64,000 nt of DNA from NCBI GenBank assembly GCA_963817915.1, contig CAWFQL010000017.1, forward strand, positions 288,001 to 352,000, in the 5' to 3' direction. Below the pieces are notes generated by a model. That model searched no databases and had not been told where the DNA came from. It saw nothing but the letters and a program-made list of their open reading frames with translations. This document shows, in pieces, positions 50,743 through 61,813 of the stretch. Made by a program: the position numbers and the translations under genes. Every line of letters starts with the position of its first letter. The stretch's first letter is position 1. Source of the stretch: an uncultured candidate division Zixibacteria bacterium (GTDB taxonomy: Bacteria; Zixibacteria; MSB-5A5; UBA10806).

Positions 50743-53400
50743 ATGAAAGAAATTCCAAAAGCTTACGAGCCGCAACTCGCTGAAGAGAAATGGTATCCCC
50801 GTTGGATTAAGTCCGGATTATTCCATGGACAGCCCAATTCAACGAAAAAGCCATATTCGATTGTAATCCCCCCGCCTAATGTCACTGATGTTTTGCATAT
50901 TGGCCATGCGCTTAACACGACTCTGCAGGATATTCTGATACGTTGGAAGAGATCGCGAGGGTATGAGGCGGAATGGGTGCCAGGGGTTGATCATGCGGGT
51001 ATCGCTACTCAGGTTGTAGTCGAAAAAAATCTGGCTAAAGAAGGGATATCCCGCCAAAAAATAGGGCGCGATAAATTTGTCAAACGTGTATGGGAATGGA
51101 AAGAGCAAAAATTTAATAGAATTATCGATCAGCTCAAACGAATCGGCTGCAGCTGCGACTGGGAAAGAACTCGTTTTACCATGGACGAGGGCCTCTCGCG
51201 GGCAGTGCTGGAAGTGTTCGTAACCCTGTATGAAGAGGGGTTGATTTACCGCGGCAACCGCCTGATTAATTGGTGTCCGCGATGCCTGACATCATTATCG
51301 GATGACGAACTCGAAAGAGAAGAAATCGATTCTCATTTATGGTATATCAAATACAAGATTAAAGGCCTCGATGAATACCTCGAAGTCGCCACCACTCGTC
51401 CAGAGACGATGCTCGGCGATACTGCTCTGGCGGTCAATCCCCACGATAGAAAATACCGAAAATTGGTGGGGAAAACGGCTATACTGCCCATCTTGGATCG
51501 TGATCTAATTATCGTCGCAGATGACTATGTCGATGTCGATTTCGGCACCGGCGTTGTTAAGATAACCCCGGCGCATGATCAAAACGATTTCGAAGTCGCG
51601 GAACGGCATTCATTGCCCAAGATTAATATTCTCAATCCCGATGGTTCATTAAATGAAAATGCCGGGAAATTCGCCAAAATGGATCGTTATGAAGCCCGCA
51701 CAAAAATCGTGGCTGAGCTTAAAGAACGTGGTCTATTAGAAAAGGTCGAGGAATATAAGCTATCAGTATCGACATGCTATCGCTGTCATACAGTTATAGA
51801 ACCATATCTTTCGGAGCAATGGTTTGTGAAGATGAAACCATTGGCCGAACCTGCAATTGCGGCGTTGAAAAATAACGAGCTCAAGTTCCATCCCGAACAT
51901 TGGGGCAAAACCTATCTCTACTGGCTTGAGAATATTCGAGATTGGTGCATTTCCCGTCAGCTTTGGTGGGGCCATCGAATACCAGCATATTATTGCAAGG
52001 AATGCAATGAAATTGTTGTCGCGCGGCAGGCTCCCAAAGAATGTCCCAAATGCCATTCGACCAAAATCGAACAAGACCCCGATGTGCTCGATACCTGGTT
52101 TTCGTCATGGCTGTGGCCATTTTCGACTCTTGGATGGCCTGATAAAACTCCCGAATTCGAGAAATTTTTCCCGACCGGATCTCTTTTTACAGCCTCCGAA
52201 ATAATTTATCTCTGGGTTGCCCGAATGATAATGGCGTCATACAAATTTACCGGTAAATTGCCATTTTCAGATGTCTATATTCACGGGACAGTCAGAGATG
52301 CCGACGGAATCAAGATGTCGAAAACCCTTGGTAATGGGATCGATCCTATCGAGATTATTAATAAATACGGAGCGGACGCTCTTAGAATATCATTGGTGCT
52401 CGCCACTCCCGAGGGACAGGATTCCTCAATCTCGGAAAAAAGCTTTGAATCCGGTAGAAACTTCGCAAATAAACTATGGAATGCCTCACGATTTGTAATA
52501 TCGAATTTTGGCGATAATGCGCCGGATTTTACAAGCACTCCAAATCCAGAAGAATTCGAATTGGCAGACGCCTGGATTGTATCACGTCTTTCCAAGACTA
52601 TCGGACAGATTGATAATTATCTTTCAGGTTTCAGATTTAATACAGCCGCCCACGCCGCATATGATTTTATTTGGAAGGATTATTGCGATTGGTATCTCGA
52701 AATGATCAAGCCGCGGCTGGCATATGATGCTCCCGAGGAAATGAAGCAGAAGGCTCGAAAGGTCTCTGGATACGTGCTAATGCAGATTTTGAAAATGCTT
52801 CATCCGGTCATGCCATTCGTGACCGAAGAAATCTACCATCTGATGCCTAATGTCAAAGACACTGATTTCCTGAATGATCTCGGGTGGCCGGAGCCGATTA
52901 TCAAATTTATCAATGATAAACTCGAAAGAGATTTCGAAATTATCCAGAGTGTATTGGGGGCGATTCGCAATATCAGGGCGGAGATGGATGTTCCTCCGGG
53001 GAAAAAGGCCGATGTCTTTGTAAAAGTCAATGATGATAAGATCAATTCGATTCTAAATGAACAAAAAGCTCAGCTTGTCGCGTTAGGGAGGATCAACGAG
53101 TTAGTCATCGGGACAGATTTGAAAAAGCCCCCGTTATCGGCCTCATCTGTTATTCCCTTTGGCGAAATATTTATCCCCCTGCAAGGATTGATCGATCTTG
53201 ATGCCGAGAAGAAAAGGCTGAATAAGGAACTCGAAAAACAATCGCAATTTCTCGAGCGTATCGCGAAGAAACTGTCCAATACCGATTTTCTTGACCGTGC
53301 ACCCGCCGATGTTATTCAGACGGAGCGAGATAAACAGAAGCAGATTGAAGATAGTATCGAAAAACTGAATAAAAATCTTGAATCGCTCTCTGGTTGGTAG
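50743..53400 (+). CDS. valS: Valine--tRNA ligase
   Basis: PPPNVT..LHIGH, DHAGIATQ, TTRPET, WCISRQLWWGHRIP, DVLDTWFSS, KMSKT; C-terminal coiled coil. Confidence 0.97.
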   Translation: MKEIPKAYEPQLAEEKWYPRWIKSGLFHGQPNSTKKPYSIVIPPPNVTDVLHIGHALNTTLQDILIRWKRSRGYEAEWVPGVDHAGIATQVVVEKNLAKEGISRQKIGRDKFVKRVWEWKEQKFNRIIDQLKRIGCSCDWERTRFTMDEGLSRAVLEVFVTLYEEGLIYRGNRLINWCPRCLTSLSDDELEREEIDSHLWYIKYKIKGLDEYLEVATTRPETMLGDTALAVNPHDRKYRKLVGKTAILPILDRDLIIVADDYVDVDFGTGVVKITPAHDQNDFEVAERHSLPKINILNPDGSLNENAGKFAKMDRYEARTKIVAELKERGLLEKVEEYKLSVSTCYRCHTVIEPYLSEQWFVKMKPLAEPAIAALKNNELKFHPEHWGKTYLYWLENIRDWCISRQLWWGHRIPAYYCKECNEIVVARQAPKECPKCHSTKIEQDPDVLDTWFSSWLWPFSTLGWPDKTPEFEKFFPTGSLFTASEIIYLWVARMIMASYKFTGKLPFSDVYIHGTVRDADGIKMSKTLGNGIDPIEIINKYGADALRISLVLATPEGQDSSISEKSFESGRNFANKLWNASRFVISNFGDNAPDFTSTPNPEEFELADAWIVSRLSKTIGQIDNYLSGFRFNTAAHAAYDFIWKDYCDWYLEMIKPRLAYDAPEEMKQKARKVSGYVLMQILKMLHPVMPFVTEEIYHLMPNVKDTDFLNDLGWPEPIIKFINDKLERDFEIIQSVLGAIRNIRAEMDVPPGKKADVFVKVNDDKINSILNEQKAQLVALGRINELVIGTDLKKPPLSASSVIPFGEIFIPLQGLIDLDAEKKRLNKELEKQSQFLERIAKKLSNTDFLDRAPADVIQTERDKQKQIEDSIEKLNKNLESLSGW

Positions 53401-53538
53401 AAATATCCCCTCTAAAGTCATAACTATCATAATTTGGACTGGAAAAAACACTTGCTCGTTAAAAATATTTAGGATATGTTGGAATTTATTCGATCTTGGA
53501 ACGTATTGTTAGTAAATGTTCTAAGACAGGAGGAACGT

Positions 53539-54915
53539 ATGAAACGAACGGTGTTTTTTGTATTTATCGCAAGCATTGCAATTGCAGCCCAGGGAATTTG
53601 CGAAGAAGTAGCCTTGACCATTTATAATCAAAACCTTGGCCTCGTAAAACAAACACAAAGCCTCGATTTCAAAAAAGGTATTGCTCCGGTAAAATTTGAC
53701 GATGTCGCATCATCGATTGATCCGACCTCCGTGCATATCAATGTCAAAAAAAGCGGCATATCGATTCTCGAACAAAATTACCAATATGACCTTGTCGGAA
53801 CCCAGAAGATGATGCAGCGTTACCTGGGAACATCAATCAGCGTAATTACCAAGAGCGGAGATATTCGCAAAGGGAATCTGCTTTCATTCGATGGTAAATA
53901 TATTATACTTGAAAATGAGTCTGGAGAAATTACGATAACTAATGCTGATCTTGTAGTTGATTACCGTTTTGGCTCGCTGCCCGAGGGACTTATCCTAAAA
54001 CCGACTCTTGTATGGATGGCAGAGTCTGAAAGCAATCAAAAATCCGATTGTGAGGTTAGCTACCTTACTGATGGCCTCAACTGGCATGCCGAATACGTAG
54101 CGGTGGTCGATAAAGAGGACAAGAATCTTAATCTATCCGGCTGGGTGTCTATCGAAAATCTCAGCGGCGCCACATATAAAGACGCATCGCTAAAATTGGT
54201 AGCCGGGACAGTAAATAGAATTCAGCCGGATCAGCCTCATATCAGACTTGAAAGGGATTTGCTGATGTCCGCAAAGGCTGCTCCCCAATTTCAGGAAGAA
54301 TCGTTCTTTGAATATCATTTATATACCCTAAATCGCCGGGCTACAGTTGCCAACAACGAGACCAAGCAGCTTTCGCTTTTCCCTGAAACCGGAACTCCGG
54401 CAACCAAAGTTTATACTGTAGAAAATCAGTCGTATTACTGGGATGATTCTCAGAACAAGCCTAAGGTTCGGGTCAATATGGAATTTACCAATTCCGAAAA
54501 ACTCGGATTGGGAATGCCATTGCCAAAGGGAAAGATTCGTGTCTATAAGGCCGATAGCCAGGGCGACCTTCAATTTATTGGCGAGGATGAGATTGACCAT
54601 ACTCCTAAGGACGAAAAAGTGCGCGTATATCTCGGCGAGGCGTTCGATATAACCTGCGAAAGAACAAGGGCGAATGTCGAGACGATCGGGCCGAATCATC
54701 AAAAAATTAGTTATGAAATAAAATTGAAAAATCATAAGAATAATGACATTGTTGTCACGGTGATCGAGGATACGCCCGGTTGGTATGAATGGAAGATAGA
54801 AAAATCAAATCTCGAATATAAAAAGGTCAGCGCTTATAAAGTAGAATTTCAGGTACCCGTCAAATCAAATGGCGATAATACAATGACATATACAATAGAA
54901 AGCTGGTGGAGGTAA
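53539..54915 (+). CDS. DUF4139 domain exported protein
   Basis: AGGAGG RBS then ATG at 53539; LTIYNQNLGLV, LEQNYQYDL, SYLT.GL.W.AEY, FEYHLY, PLPKGKIRVY, IDHTPKDE. Confidence 0.85.
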   Translation: MKRTVFFVFIASIAIAAQGICEEVALTIYNQNLGLVKQTQSLDFKKGIAPVKFDDVASSIDPTSVHINVKKSGISILEQNYQYDLVGTQKMMQRYLGTSISVITKSGDIRKGNLLSFDGKYIILENESGEITITNADLVVDYRFGSLPEGLILKPTLVWMAESESNQKSDCEVSYLTDGLNWHAEYVAVVDKEDKNLNLSGWVSIENLSGATYKDASLKLVAGTVNRIQPDQPHIRLERDLLMSAKAAPQFQEESFFEYHLYTLNRRATVANNETKQLSLFPETGTPATKVYTVENQSYYWDDSQNKPKVRVNMEFTNSEKLGLGMPLPKGKIRVYKADSQGDLQFIGEDEIDHTPKDEKVRVYLGEAFDITCERTRANVETIGPNHQKISYEIKLKNHKNNDIVVTVIEDTPGWYEWKIEKSNLEYKKVSAYKVEFQVPVKSNGDNTMTYTIESWWR

Positions 54916-54916
54916 A

Positions 54917-55942
54917 ATGAAAAGGTTATTTTTAATCATGGTGATGATGCTGGCGGTCGCTTTAATCATATCAGGATGCCAGAATAAATATATCACATCC
55001 GGCAAAATTGCCATGAATACCAAAAATTATGACAAAGCCATACAAGATTTTAACCTTGCGATTGGCCAGGATTCATTAAATGCTGAATCTCATTTTCTCT
55101 TAGGTACATGCTACAAGGAAAAAGGCAATACCGCTCAAATGCTGGCGGAATTTGACGCCGCCGCCCGTTTAAGTCCAAAATACAAAGAAGAAGCAACTAA
55201 ATACCGAGGCGATGCTTGGACAGCGGCATTTAATAGCGGCGTAAAATTAGCAAAAGACGGCAAATTAGATTCTGCAATGGCTGATTTTCGGAGTTGCATC
55301 GTGTTGATGCCCGAACGGTATGAAGGATATACAAATACAGGTTTTGTATGGCAACAGCTCAAAAATGATGATTCAGCCTATGTATATTATACGAAAGCCT
55401 ATTCCTTAGAGCCTAAGAATGTTAAACTCTTGGAAAATTACGCCGGACTCTGTTTTACTCTAAAGAAATACGATCAGGCAGATACAATTTATTCCAAGAT
55501 CCTGGAAATGGACCCCTCCAACGCTGAGGCTATGGCCAGACGGGGAGCAATTGCAGAGGAAAATAAGGAATATGAAAAAGCCGCTGACTTCTATATCAGC
55601 GCCCTAAAAATTGTCCCTGATAATTGCGATATCTGGTTTAATCTCGGTATTGTCTATTTCCAGAAACTAAAACAAAATAATAAAGCTGAAGACGCATTCA
55701 ATCAAGCTGTTCAGAAATGCCCAACAGATGTAAATGCTAAAGTAAACCTAAATGTCGTGCTTGTTTCTGAAGCCAAATATGATGAAGCCCTGAAAAATCT
55801 TTTGACCTTAACTCAGGAAAACCCCACCGAATGCACCGGCTGGGATCTTATTTCCCAGGTCTATACTCTTAAAGGCGACAAGAAATCGGCCGCAGAAGCA
55901 TATAAAAAATATCAGGATTGCACTACTAATCAGCCGAAGTAA
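54917..55942 (+). CDS. TPR-repeat lipoprotein
   Basis: Lipobox ISGC; many tandem TPR motifs. Confidence 0.82.
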   Translation: MKRLFLIMVMMLAVALIISGCQNKYITSGKIAMNTKNYDKAIQDFNLAIGQDSLNAESHFLLGTCYKEKGNTAQMLAEFDAAARLSPKYKEEATKYRGDAWTAAFNSGVKLAKDGKLDSAMADFRSCIVLMPERYEGYTNTGFVWQQLKNDDSAYVYYTKAYSLEPKNVKLLENYAGLCFTLKKYDQADTIYSKILEMDPSNAEAMARRGAIAEENKEYEKAADFYISALKIVPDNCDIWFNLGIVYFQKLKQNNKAEDAFNQAVQKCPTDVNAKVNLNVVLVSEAKYDEALKNLLTLTQENPTECTGWDLISQVYTLKGDKKSAAEAYKKYQDCTTNQPK

Positions 55943-55959
55943 CGGCGAATGAGTAATTT

Positions 55960-56008
55960 AAGGCAGTTTGTTCGCGGTTTTCGGCGGGCGAGCTGCCTTT
56001 ACATTTTT
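55960..56008 (+). terminator. 16-bp G-U-rich hairpin, probable terminator after the TPR gene
   Basis: AAGGCAGTTTGTTCGC-GGTTTTCG-GCGGGCGAGCTGCCTT followed by TACATTTTT. Confidence 0.55.
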
Positions 56009-56023
56009 AGGAACCATATCTAA

Positions 56024-58471
56024 ATGTTCGCGAATGTCGCTCTGCCAGTGCCTCATCGAGATTATTTTACCTACATCATCCCGGAATCGATGAAAGGGAT
56101 AATCGTTCGGGGCATGCTCGTAAATGTGCCATTTGGCAATCAGACAATTATTGGAATGGTCATTTCCGTAAGCGACAAAATTGATCATCCGGTTGAAAAA
56201 ATTAAATCCATAATAGCGTTGGGCGATCCGGAATTAAGATTGTCCGATGAGATGATAGAGTTTGTCTCGATTGTCGCGGATTATTATATCACTACTCCCG
56301 GAATGGTGTTAAAAGCGGCCCTTCCGCCGAGCACCTTGCAACGGAAAAAAGCCTATTATTACCCGGGACTAATAAATTCAGATGCCGATTTCGGCGCAGG
56401 CATAATTGAATTTCTAAACGCCATCCGAGACAATCCCGGCAAAATCTCTCATGATGATTTAAGGCGTTACAAAGGAATTTCCCGCACCGAAGTTGACGAC
56501 CTAATTCAAAGGGGTGCCATTTCGCTTTCAAGTCATATGGCCGGTTCTTCTCAATCGAAAAAGGGCAAGGAAAAATGGATCAGAGCGAAATTGGAGCCTG
56601 TGCCCGCAAGTATTAAATTTACGCCAAAGGCTGAGTTGTTATTGAATCATATTAAGGAATTTTCGGAAGGAATTAAGGTCTCATCGCTCGAAGAAGATGG
56701 TTTTTCGCTTTCTACAGTATCGACCCTTATTAAGAAGAATCTAGCTGAATTTTATTTAATAGATAAAAAGCTGGCAGATACCGGGCATTTGAGATCCATA
56801 AAAGACGGACCCGTAGTAGAATTAACATTATGGCAGCAAGCGGCTCTCCACAAAATAGAAACCGCCATCTATGAAAATAAATACAAAGGCTTTCTCCTTT
56901 ACGGTGTGACATCATCGGGCAAGACACAGATATACCTGGAAGCGGCTCAAAGGGCGTTAGGACTGGGGAAATCGGTTCTCGTGTTAGTACCCGAAATATC
57001 ATTGACCCCTCAGATAATCACCCGCTTCGAGAAATTCATCGGAGTGCCCCCATTAATATGGCATTCTCATCTAACAGCAACCGAACGGTTATCGATCTAT
57101 AAGCAGGCCAATTCAGGGGAAAAATGTCTTATGATTGGCGCGCGATCCGCCATTTTTGCTCCCTTAAAGAATTTAGGCCTGATTGTCGTGGATGAAGAAC
57201 AGGATCATTCATACAAGCAGGATGATCCCTCACCGCGGTATAACGCTCGCGATATGGCGTTGGAGCGAGGTCGACTATCTAATTGTGCAGTTTTGTTGGG
57301 TTCCGCCACGCCATCGCTTGAATCGTATCATAAGACTCGTAATGGCGAACTTGAACTTTTGACATTACCTCAAAGGATCGCGGGGAAGAGCAGTCCGAAA
57401 GTCGAGATAATTTCTACGGCCAGAAAACCGGAATTATCGCCTGCTGAAGTCCCGGTGATCCCCAAAGGATTTTGGCCTGTTACGGAGCGGCTGTACCAGG
57501 AAATTTCAATTAGACTGAAAAAGAAAGAGCAGGTAATAATTCTTCTAAATCGCCGTGGGTATTCTTCCGCGGTTGTCTGTTTCGAATGCGGCTGGGTAGG
57601 GAAATGTCCTGATTGCGAAATTGGATGGACCTATCACAAAACCAAAGACAGGATGATCTGCCATTTCTGCGGCAAAGAGCAAAAAGGTCTTTCGGCTTGC
57701 CCTAATTGCAATTCCACCCGCCTGAGCTTTAGAGGCGCGGGTACGCAGAGGCTTGAAGAAACTTTGAAAAAAATACTGCCATCAGCAAGGACAGTCCGAC
57801 TCGATTCCGATGTAGCATCATCCAAATGGGAAAGCCGTGATATTCTCGATGATTTTGGACAGGGGAAATATCAGATCCTTTTAGGGACTCAGATGGTTGC
57901 CAAGGGGCATCATTTCCCCAGAGTCAGCCTCGTAGCCATAATTAATGCCGATATCGGTTTATCATTACCTGATTTCAGGGCTAGCGAACGAGTCCTTCAA
58001 TTGCTCACTCAGGCATCCGGACGAGCGGGCCGTTCAATGGGAAAGGGCGATCCCGGGGCGGTCGTTGTGCAATGTTTCTCTTCGGACGACCCCGTCTTTG
58101 GTTATCTTACCGCCGATAATTACACGGGCTTTCTGGAAAATGAGGCAAAAATACGATCGGCGCTCGGCTATCCGCCGTTCAAGAGATTGGCACAGATAAT
58201 GGTGTCGTCATCCAATTCCACGAGAGCTTCCAATGTTGCCTCCAGCCTGAAGGATGAATTACTTTCGAATATAGTCGATACTGGTATTGGCATATTGGGT
58301 CCGGCCCAGGCGTCAATATTCAAAAGAGGCAACCAATATAGATATCAGCTATTAATGAAAATTGATTTGGGCTTAAATCCTAATCTGATATTTAAAAAAA
58401 TGGATAATTATATAAATAGTCTAAAAGGTGTGACCGTAAGAATCGATATCGACCCGGTATCTTTTGACTGA
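56024..58471 (+). CDS. priA: Primosomal protein N' (replication restart helicase)
   Basis: GVTSSGKT, VPEISLTPQ, GARSAIFAP, DEEQ..SYKQ, GSATPS, LNRRGY, four CxxC, GTQMVAKG, PDFRASE. Confidence 0.95.
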   Translation: MFANVALPVPHRDYFTYIIPESMKGIIVRGMLVNVPFGNQTIIGMVISVSDKIDHPVEKIKSIIALGDPELRLSDEMIEFVSIVADYYITTPGMVLKAALPPSTLQRKKAYYYPGLINSDADFGAGIIEFLNAIRDNPGKISHDDLRRYKGISRTEVDDLIQRGAISLSSHMAGSSQSKKGKEKWIRAKLEPVPASIKFTPKAELLLNHIKEFSEGIKVSSLEEDGFSLSTVSTLIKKNLAEFYLIDKKLADTGHLRSIKDGPVVELTLWQQAALHKIETAIYENKYKGFLLYGVTSSGKTQIYLEAAQRALGLGKSVLVLVPEISLTPQIITRFEKFIGVPPLIWHSHLTATERLSIYKQANSGEKCLMIGARSAIFAPLKNLGLIVVDEEQDHSYKQDDPSPRYNARDMALERGRLSNCAVLLGSATPSLESYHKTRNGELELLTLPQRIAGKSSPKVEIISTARKPELSPAEVPVIPKGFWPVTERLYQEISIRLKKKEQVIILLNRRGYSSAVVCFECGWVGKCPDCEIGWTYHKTKDRMICHFCGKEQKGLSACPNCNSTRLSFRGAGTQRLEETLKKILPSARTVRLDSDVASSKWESRDILDDFGQGKYQILLGTQMVAKGHHFPRVSLVAIINADIGLSLPDFRASERVLQLLTQASGRAGRSMGKGDPGAVVVQCFSSDDPVFGYLTADNYTGFLENEAKIRSALGYPPFKRLAQIMVSSSNSTRASNVASSLKDELLSNIVDTGIGILGPAQASIFKRGNQYRYQLLMKIDLGLNPNLIFKKMDNYINSLKGVTVRIDIDPVSFD

Positions 58472-58476
58472 TTTTC

Positions 58477-58505
58477 TTGATAATATCACCCAATGATGCT
58501 AAATT
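58477..58505 (+). promoter_or_regulatory. Putative sigma70-type promoter
   Basis: TTGATA (58477-58482), N17, TAAATT (58500-58505) with extended TG. Confidence 0.5.
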
Positions 58506-58552
58506 AAGTGATTGCTATGAATCGCCAGCATCACTGAAAGGAATAAAGATTA

Positions 58553-59212
58553 ATGATCACAGTAGACGATGTCAAAAAAAACAAAACGGTTACCAGGCTT
58601 ATTGAAAAGGCCGATGAAGTCCTGGCTGTCATAGGTTATACCGAGCATGGCCAAAGACATTGTTCGTTGGCGGCTAATATTGCCTATAATATCATGATAA
58701 GATTAGGCAAAGGTGAAAAAAAGGGACAATTGGCCGCAATTGCCGGATATATGCATGATATCGGAAATCTTATCAATCGCGATTTTCACGCCCAAACAGC
58801 AGCTGTCATGGCGTTTTCGCTCTTGAAGGATATGGGGATGGAAATATCCGACATTCTGGAAGTTATCGCCGCTATCGGAAATCACGATGAACGTGACGGC
58901 TATCCAGTTTCGGATGTCGCCGCCGCTGTAATACTTGCTGATAAATCCGACGTCCATAGCTCTCGAGTACGAAATCTTGACATGATCAATGTAGATATCC
59001 ATGACCGCGTAAACTACGCCGCCAAATCATCATTTTTGCGTATCGATGAGGCCAATAAGAAGGCTGCATTGGAAATTACAATCGATACTTCGGTTTCGCA
59101 AGTTATGGAATATTTCGAGATATTTCTATCAAGAATGATTGTCTGCCGCCGCGCTGCGGATTTTCTCGGGCTGAAATTTGAGCTTGAGATTAACGGCAAC
59201 AAACTATTATAG
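58553..59212 (+). CDS. HD-domain phosphohydrolase
   Basis: GYTEHG.RH, YMHDIGN, IGNHDE, LADKSDV, DIHDRVNYA. Confidence 0.88.
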   Translation: MITVDDVKKNKTVTRLIEKADEVLAVIGYTEHGQRHCSLAANIAYNIMIRLGKGEKKGQLAAIAGYMHDIGNLINRDFHAQTAAVMAFSLLKDMGMEISDILEVIAAIGNHDERDGYPVSDVAAAVILADKSDVHSSRVRNLDMINVDIHDRVNYAAKSSFLRIDEANKKAALEITIDTSVSQVMEYFEIFLSRMIVCRRAADFLGLKFELEINGNKLL

Positions 59213-59220
59213 TAAGAATC

Positions 59221-60258
59221 ATGAAAAGCAAAAATAGTTACGCCCAATCGGGGGTAGATATTGACCTGGCGGACAGGACAAAGATCCGTCTGGGCGACAT
59301 AGTTCGTGAGACATTCACCGAGCGGGTTATCGGGGATTTCGGTAATTTCGGCTCTATGTTTTCATCAAAAGGTTTTGGTGGCAAAGACATGGTTTTGGTT
59401 TCATCTGCCGATGGTGTCGGCACCAAGCTCAAGGTGGCATTCCAGGCTAATCGCCACGATACTGTCGGACATGACCTGGTAAATCATCTTGCCAATGATA
59501 TTCTATGTCTCGGAGCAAAGCCATTATTTTTCATGGATTATATTGGTCTGGGCAAAATGGACGACGAAGTGGTCGCGTCAATTGTGAACGGCATGGCGCA
59601 GGGTTGTAAAGAGAACGGATGCGCTCTGGTTGGCGGTGAAACTGCTGAAATGCCCGGATTTTATTCCCCCGGTGAATATGATCTTGCCGGGTTTATGGTT
59701 GGCTTGGCGGACAAGAAATTTATTCCGAAACCAAAATCACTCAAAGCGGGTGATGTTCTTATAGGGATGTCATCAAGCGGATTGCATACCAATGGTTACT
59801 CGCTTGCCAGAAAGGCGTTTTTTGAAATCGGGAATATGTCGCTCGATGATATTATACCTGAGACCAAAACTAAATTAGGCGATGAACTGCTAAAAATTCA
59901 CAGGTCATATTCGAAGGATATATATCCATTCATAAAAAACAAACTATTCAAAAGCGTAGCGCATATTACCGGTGGAGGATTTGAGGGCAATATATCGAGG
60001 ATATTGCCTCCAGATTTGGATGCTGTAATTGACACGTCATTTTGGAATCCGCCGGGCATATTTAGAGCGATCCAGAGATTGGCCAATGTTGAAACCGAGG
60101 AAATGCTTCGTGTGTTTAATATGGGGATAGGGTTGGTAGCGGTAGTCCGACCCAAGGATATTCCTTATATAAGAAAAATTATGAGAGCCCCGGATTTTGA
60201 AGTTGTCCCTGTAGGAGGGTTGATAGCGGGTACCGGCAAAGTCATGCTAAAAATATGA
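59221..60258 (+). CDS. purM: Phosphoribosylformylglycinamidine cyclo-ligase
   Basis: YAQSGVDI, DGVGTKL, GAKPLFFMDY, GGETAEMPG, SSGLHTNGYSL, AHITGGG, FNMGIG. Confidence 0.95.
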   Translation: MKSKNSYAQSGVDIDLADRTKIRLGDIVRETFTERVIGDFGNFGSMFSSKGFGGKDMVLVSSADGVGTKLKVAFQANRHDTVGHDLVNHLANDILCLGAKPLFFMDYIGLGKMDDEVVASIVNGMAQGCKENGCALVGGETAEMPGFYSPGEYDLAGFMVGLADKKFIPKPKSLKAGDVLIGMSSSGLHTNGYSLARKAFFEIGNMSLDDIIPETKTKLGDELLKIHRSYSKDIYPFIKNKLFKSVAHITGGGFEGNISRILPPDLDAVIDTSFWNPPGIFRAIQRLANVETEEMLRVFNMGIGLVAVVRPKDIPYIRKIMRAPDFEVVPVGGLIAGTGKVMLKI

Positions 60259-61781
60259 GTAATATTCCCCGCCCGATTGTCCTGATTGTAATGGATGGCT
60301 TTGGCCTTAACCCCGATATCAAGGGCAATGCTGTCGCAGCGGCTCATAAACCCAATTACGATCTTTATCTATCGAAATATCAACATACTATCCTGGAGAC
60401 GTCTGGATTAGCCGTAGGCCTGCCAAAAGGACAAATGGGCAATTCCGAAGTAGGGCATTTGAATTTAGGCGCTGGAAGAGTCGTCTATCAAGAGGTCACA
60501 CGAATTGATAAATCCATATCAGATGGCGATTTTTTCACTAATAAGGCGTTTATCGATCTTATGGCTAAAGTTAAGAGAAACTCAGGGAAATTACATCTGA
60601 TGGGTCTGGCCTCCGACGGGCTCGTTCACTCATCGCTTGATCACCTATATGCTCTTATGGAAATGAGCAAAAAACAAGGCCTGAAAGATGTTGTTATTCA
60701 CGCCTTTCTGGATGGCAGAGATACTTCTCCGACTTCTGGAGCGGAATATGTTAAGCAAATTCTGGATAAATGCAATAATATCGGTGTCGGGAAATTGGGT
60801 AGTATTGTCGGAAGGTACTATGCCATGGATCGCGATAAGCGCTGGGAACGAGTCAAAAAGGCCTATGATTTGATTGTTTCCGGAAAAGGTCAGGTATCCA
60901 GCAATCCAATTAGAACGATACAAGAATTTTATTCCAAGGATATCACTGATGAATTTATGGAGCCAATTGCAATCGATGGTTTTGATCATACTCTGGGTAA
61001 GAATGACGGCGTGATTTTTTATAATTTTCGGGCGGATCGCGCCAGAGAATTAAGCCAGGCTCTGACCGATCAGGCATTTGATGGGTTCGGCCGCGACGGG
61101 GGCCCGGTAGTTTCAATGGTCAGCATGACGCTTTATGATGTCAACCTCAATTCCAATGTGGCATTTCCTCAGAACCATTTAAGTGATCTTTTTGGAGAAA
61201 TAATCAGCCAGCGGGGATTGAGTCAATTAAGGACTGCGGAAACAGAAAAATATCCTCACGTAACCTTCTTCTTCAATGGAGGTAATGAGAAGCCTTTCCA
61301 ACGCGAAGATAGAATCATGATACCATCGCCCAAGGTTGCCACTTACGATTTGAAACCTGAAATGTCCGCGTATGAACTTACCGATTCGACTGTCGAAAAA
61401 ATTAAACAGAAAACTTACGATATCATTATAATGAATTATGCCAACTGCGATATGGTAGGTCATACCGGAATATTTGAGGCTGCGAGAAAGGCGGTTGAAA
61501 CTGTCGATAAATGCGTTGGAGAGATTGTAAACGCGGTCAGAAAAATTGGCGGGGTTTTGATGATTACCGCCGATCATGGTAATTCTGAAAAAATGATAGA
61601 CGATGATGGCGGGCCGTTTACGGCCCATACGACATTTCCGGTGCCATTCATATTAGTGGATGATAATTGCAACGGAAAATTACGAGACACCGGGGTCTTA
61701 GCCGATGTCGCCCCCACAATGCTCGAATATTTGCAAATACCCAAGCCTCAGGCCATGACCGGGCAATGTCTCTTAAAATAA
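60255..61781 (+). CDS. gpmI: 2,3-bisphosphoglycerate-independent phosphoglycerate mutase
   Basis: MDGFG, GQMGNSEVGH, DGRDT, GRYYAMDRD, NFRADR, AETEKYPHVT, DMVGHTG, TADHGN. Confidence 0.96.
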   Translation: MSNIPRPIVLIVMDGFGLNPDIKGNAVAAAHKPNYDLYLSKYQHTILETSGLAVGLPKGQMGNSEVGHLNLGAGRVVYQEVTRIDKSISDGDFFTNKAFIDLMAKVKRNSGKLHLMGLASDGLVHSSLDHLYALMEMSKKQGLKDVVIHAFLDGRDTSPTSGAEYVKQILDKCNNIGVGKLGSIVGRYYAMDRDKRWERVKKAYDLIVSGKGQVSSNPIRTIQEFYSKDITDEFMEPIAIDGFDHTLGKNDGVIFYNFRADRARELSQALTDQAFDGFGRDGGPVVSMVSMTLYDVNLNSNVAFPQNHLSDLFGEIISQRGLSQLRTAETEKYPHVTFFFNGGNEKPFQREDRIMIPSPKVATYDLKPEMSAYELTDSTVEKIKQKTYDIIIMNYANCDMVGHTGIFEAARKAVETVDKCVGEIVNAVRKIGGVLMITADHGNSEKMIDDDGGPFTAHTTFPVPFILVDDNCNGKLRDTGVLADVAPTMLEYLQIPKPQAMTGQCLLK

Positions 61782-61813
61782 AATATTATTCGTTTCGGAA
61801 TTAATACTAAATA

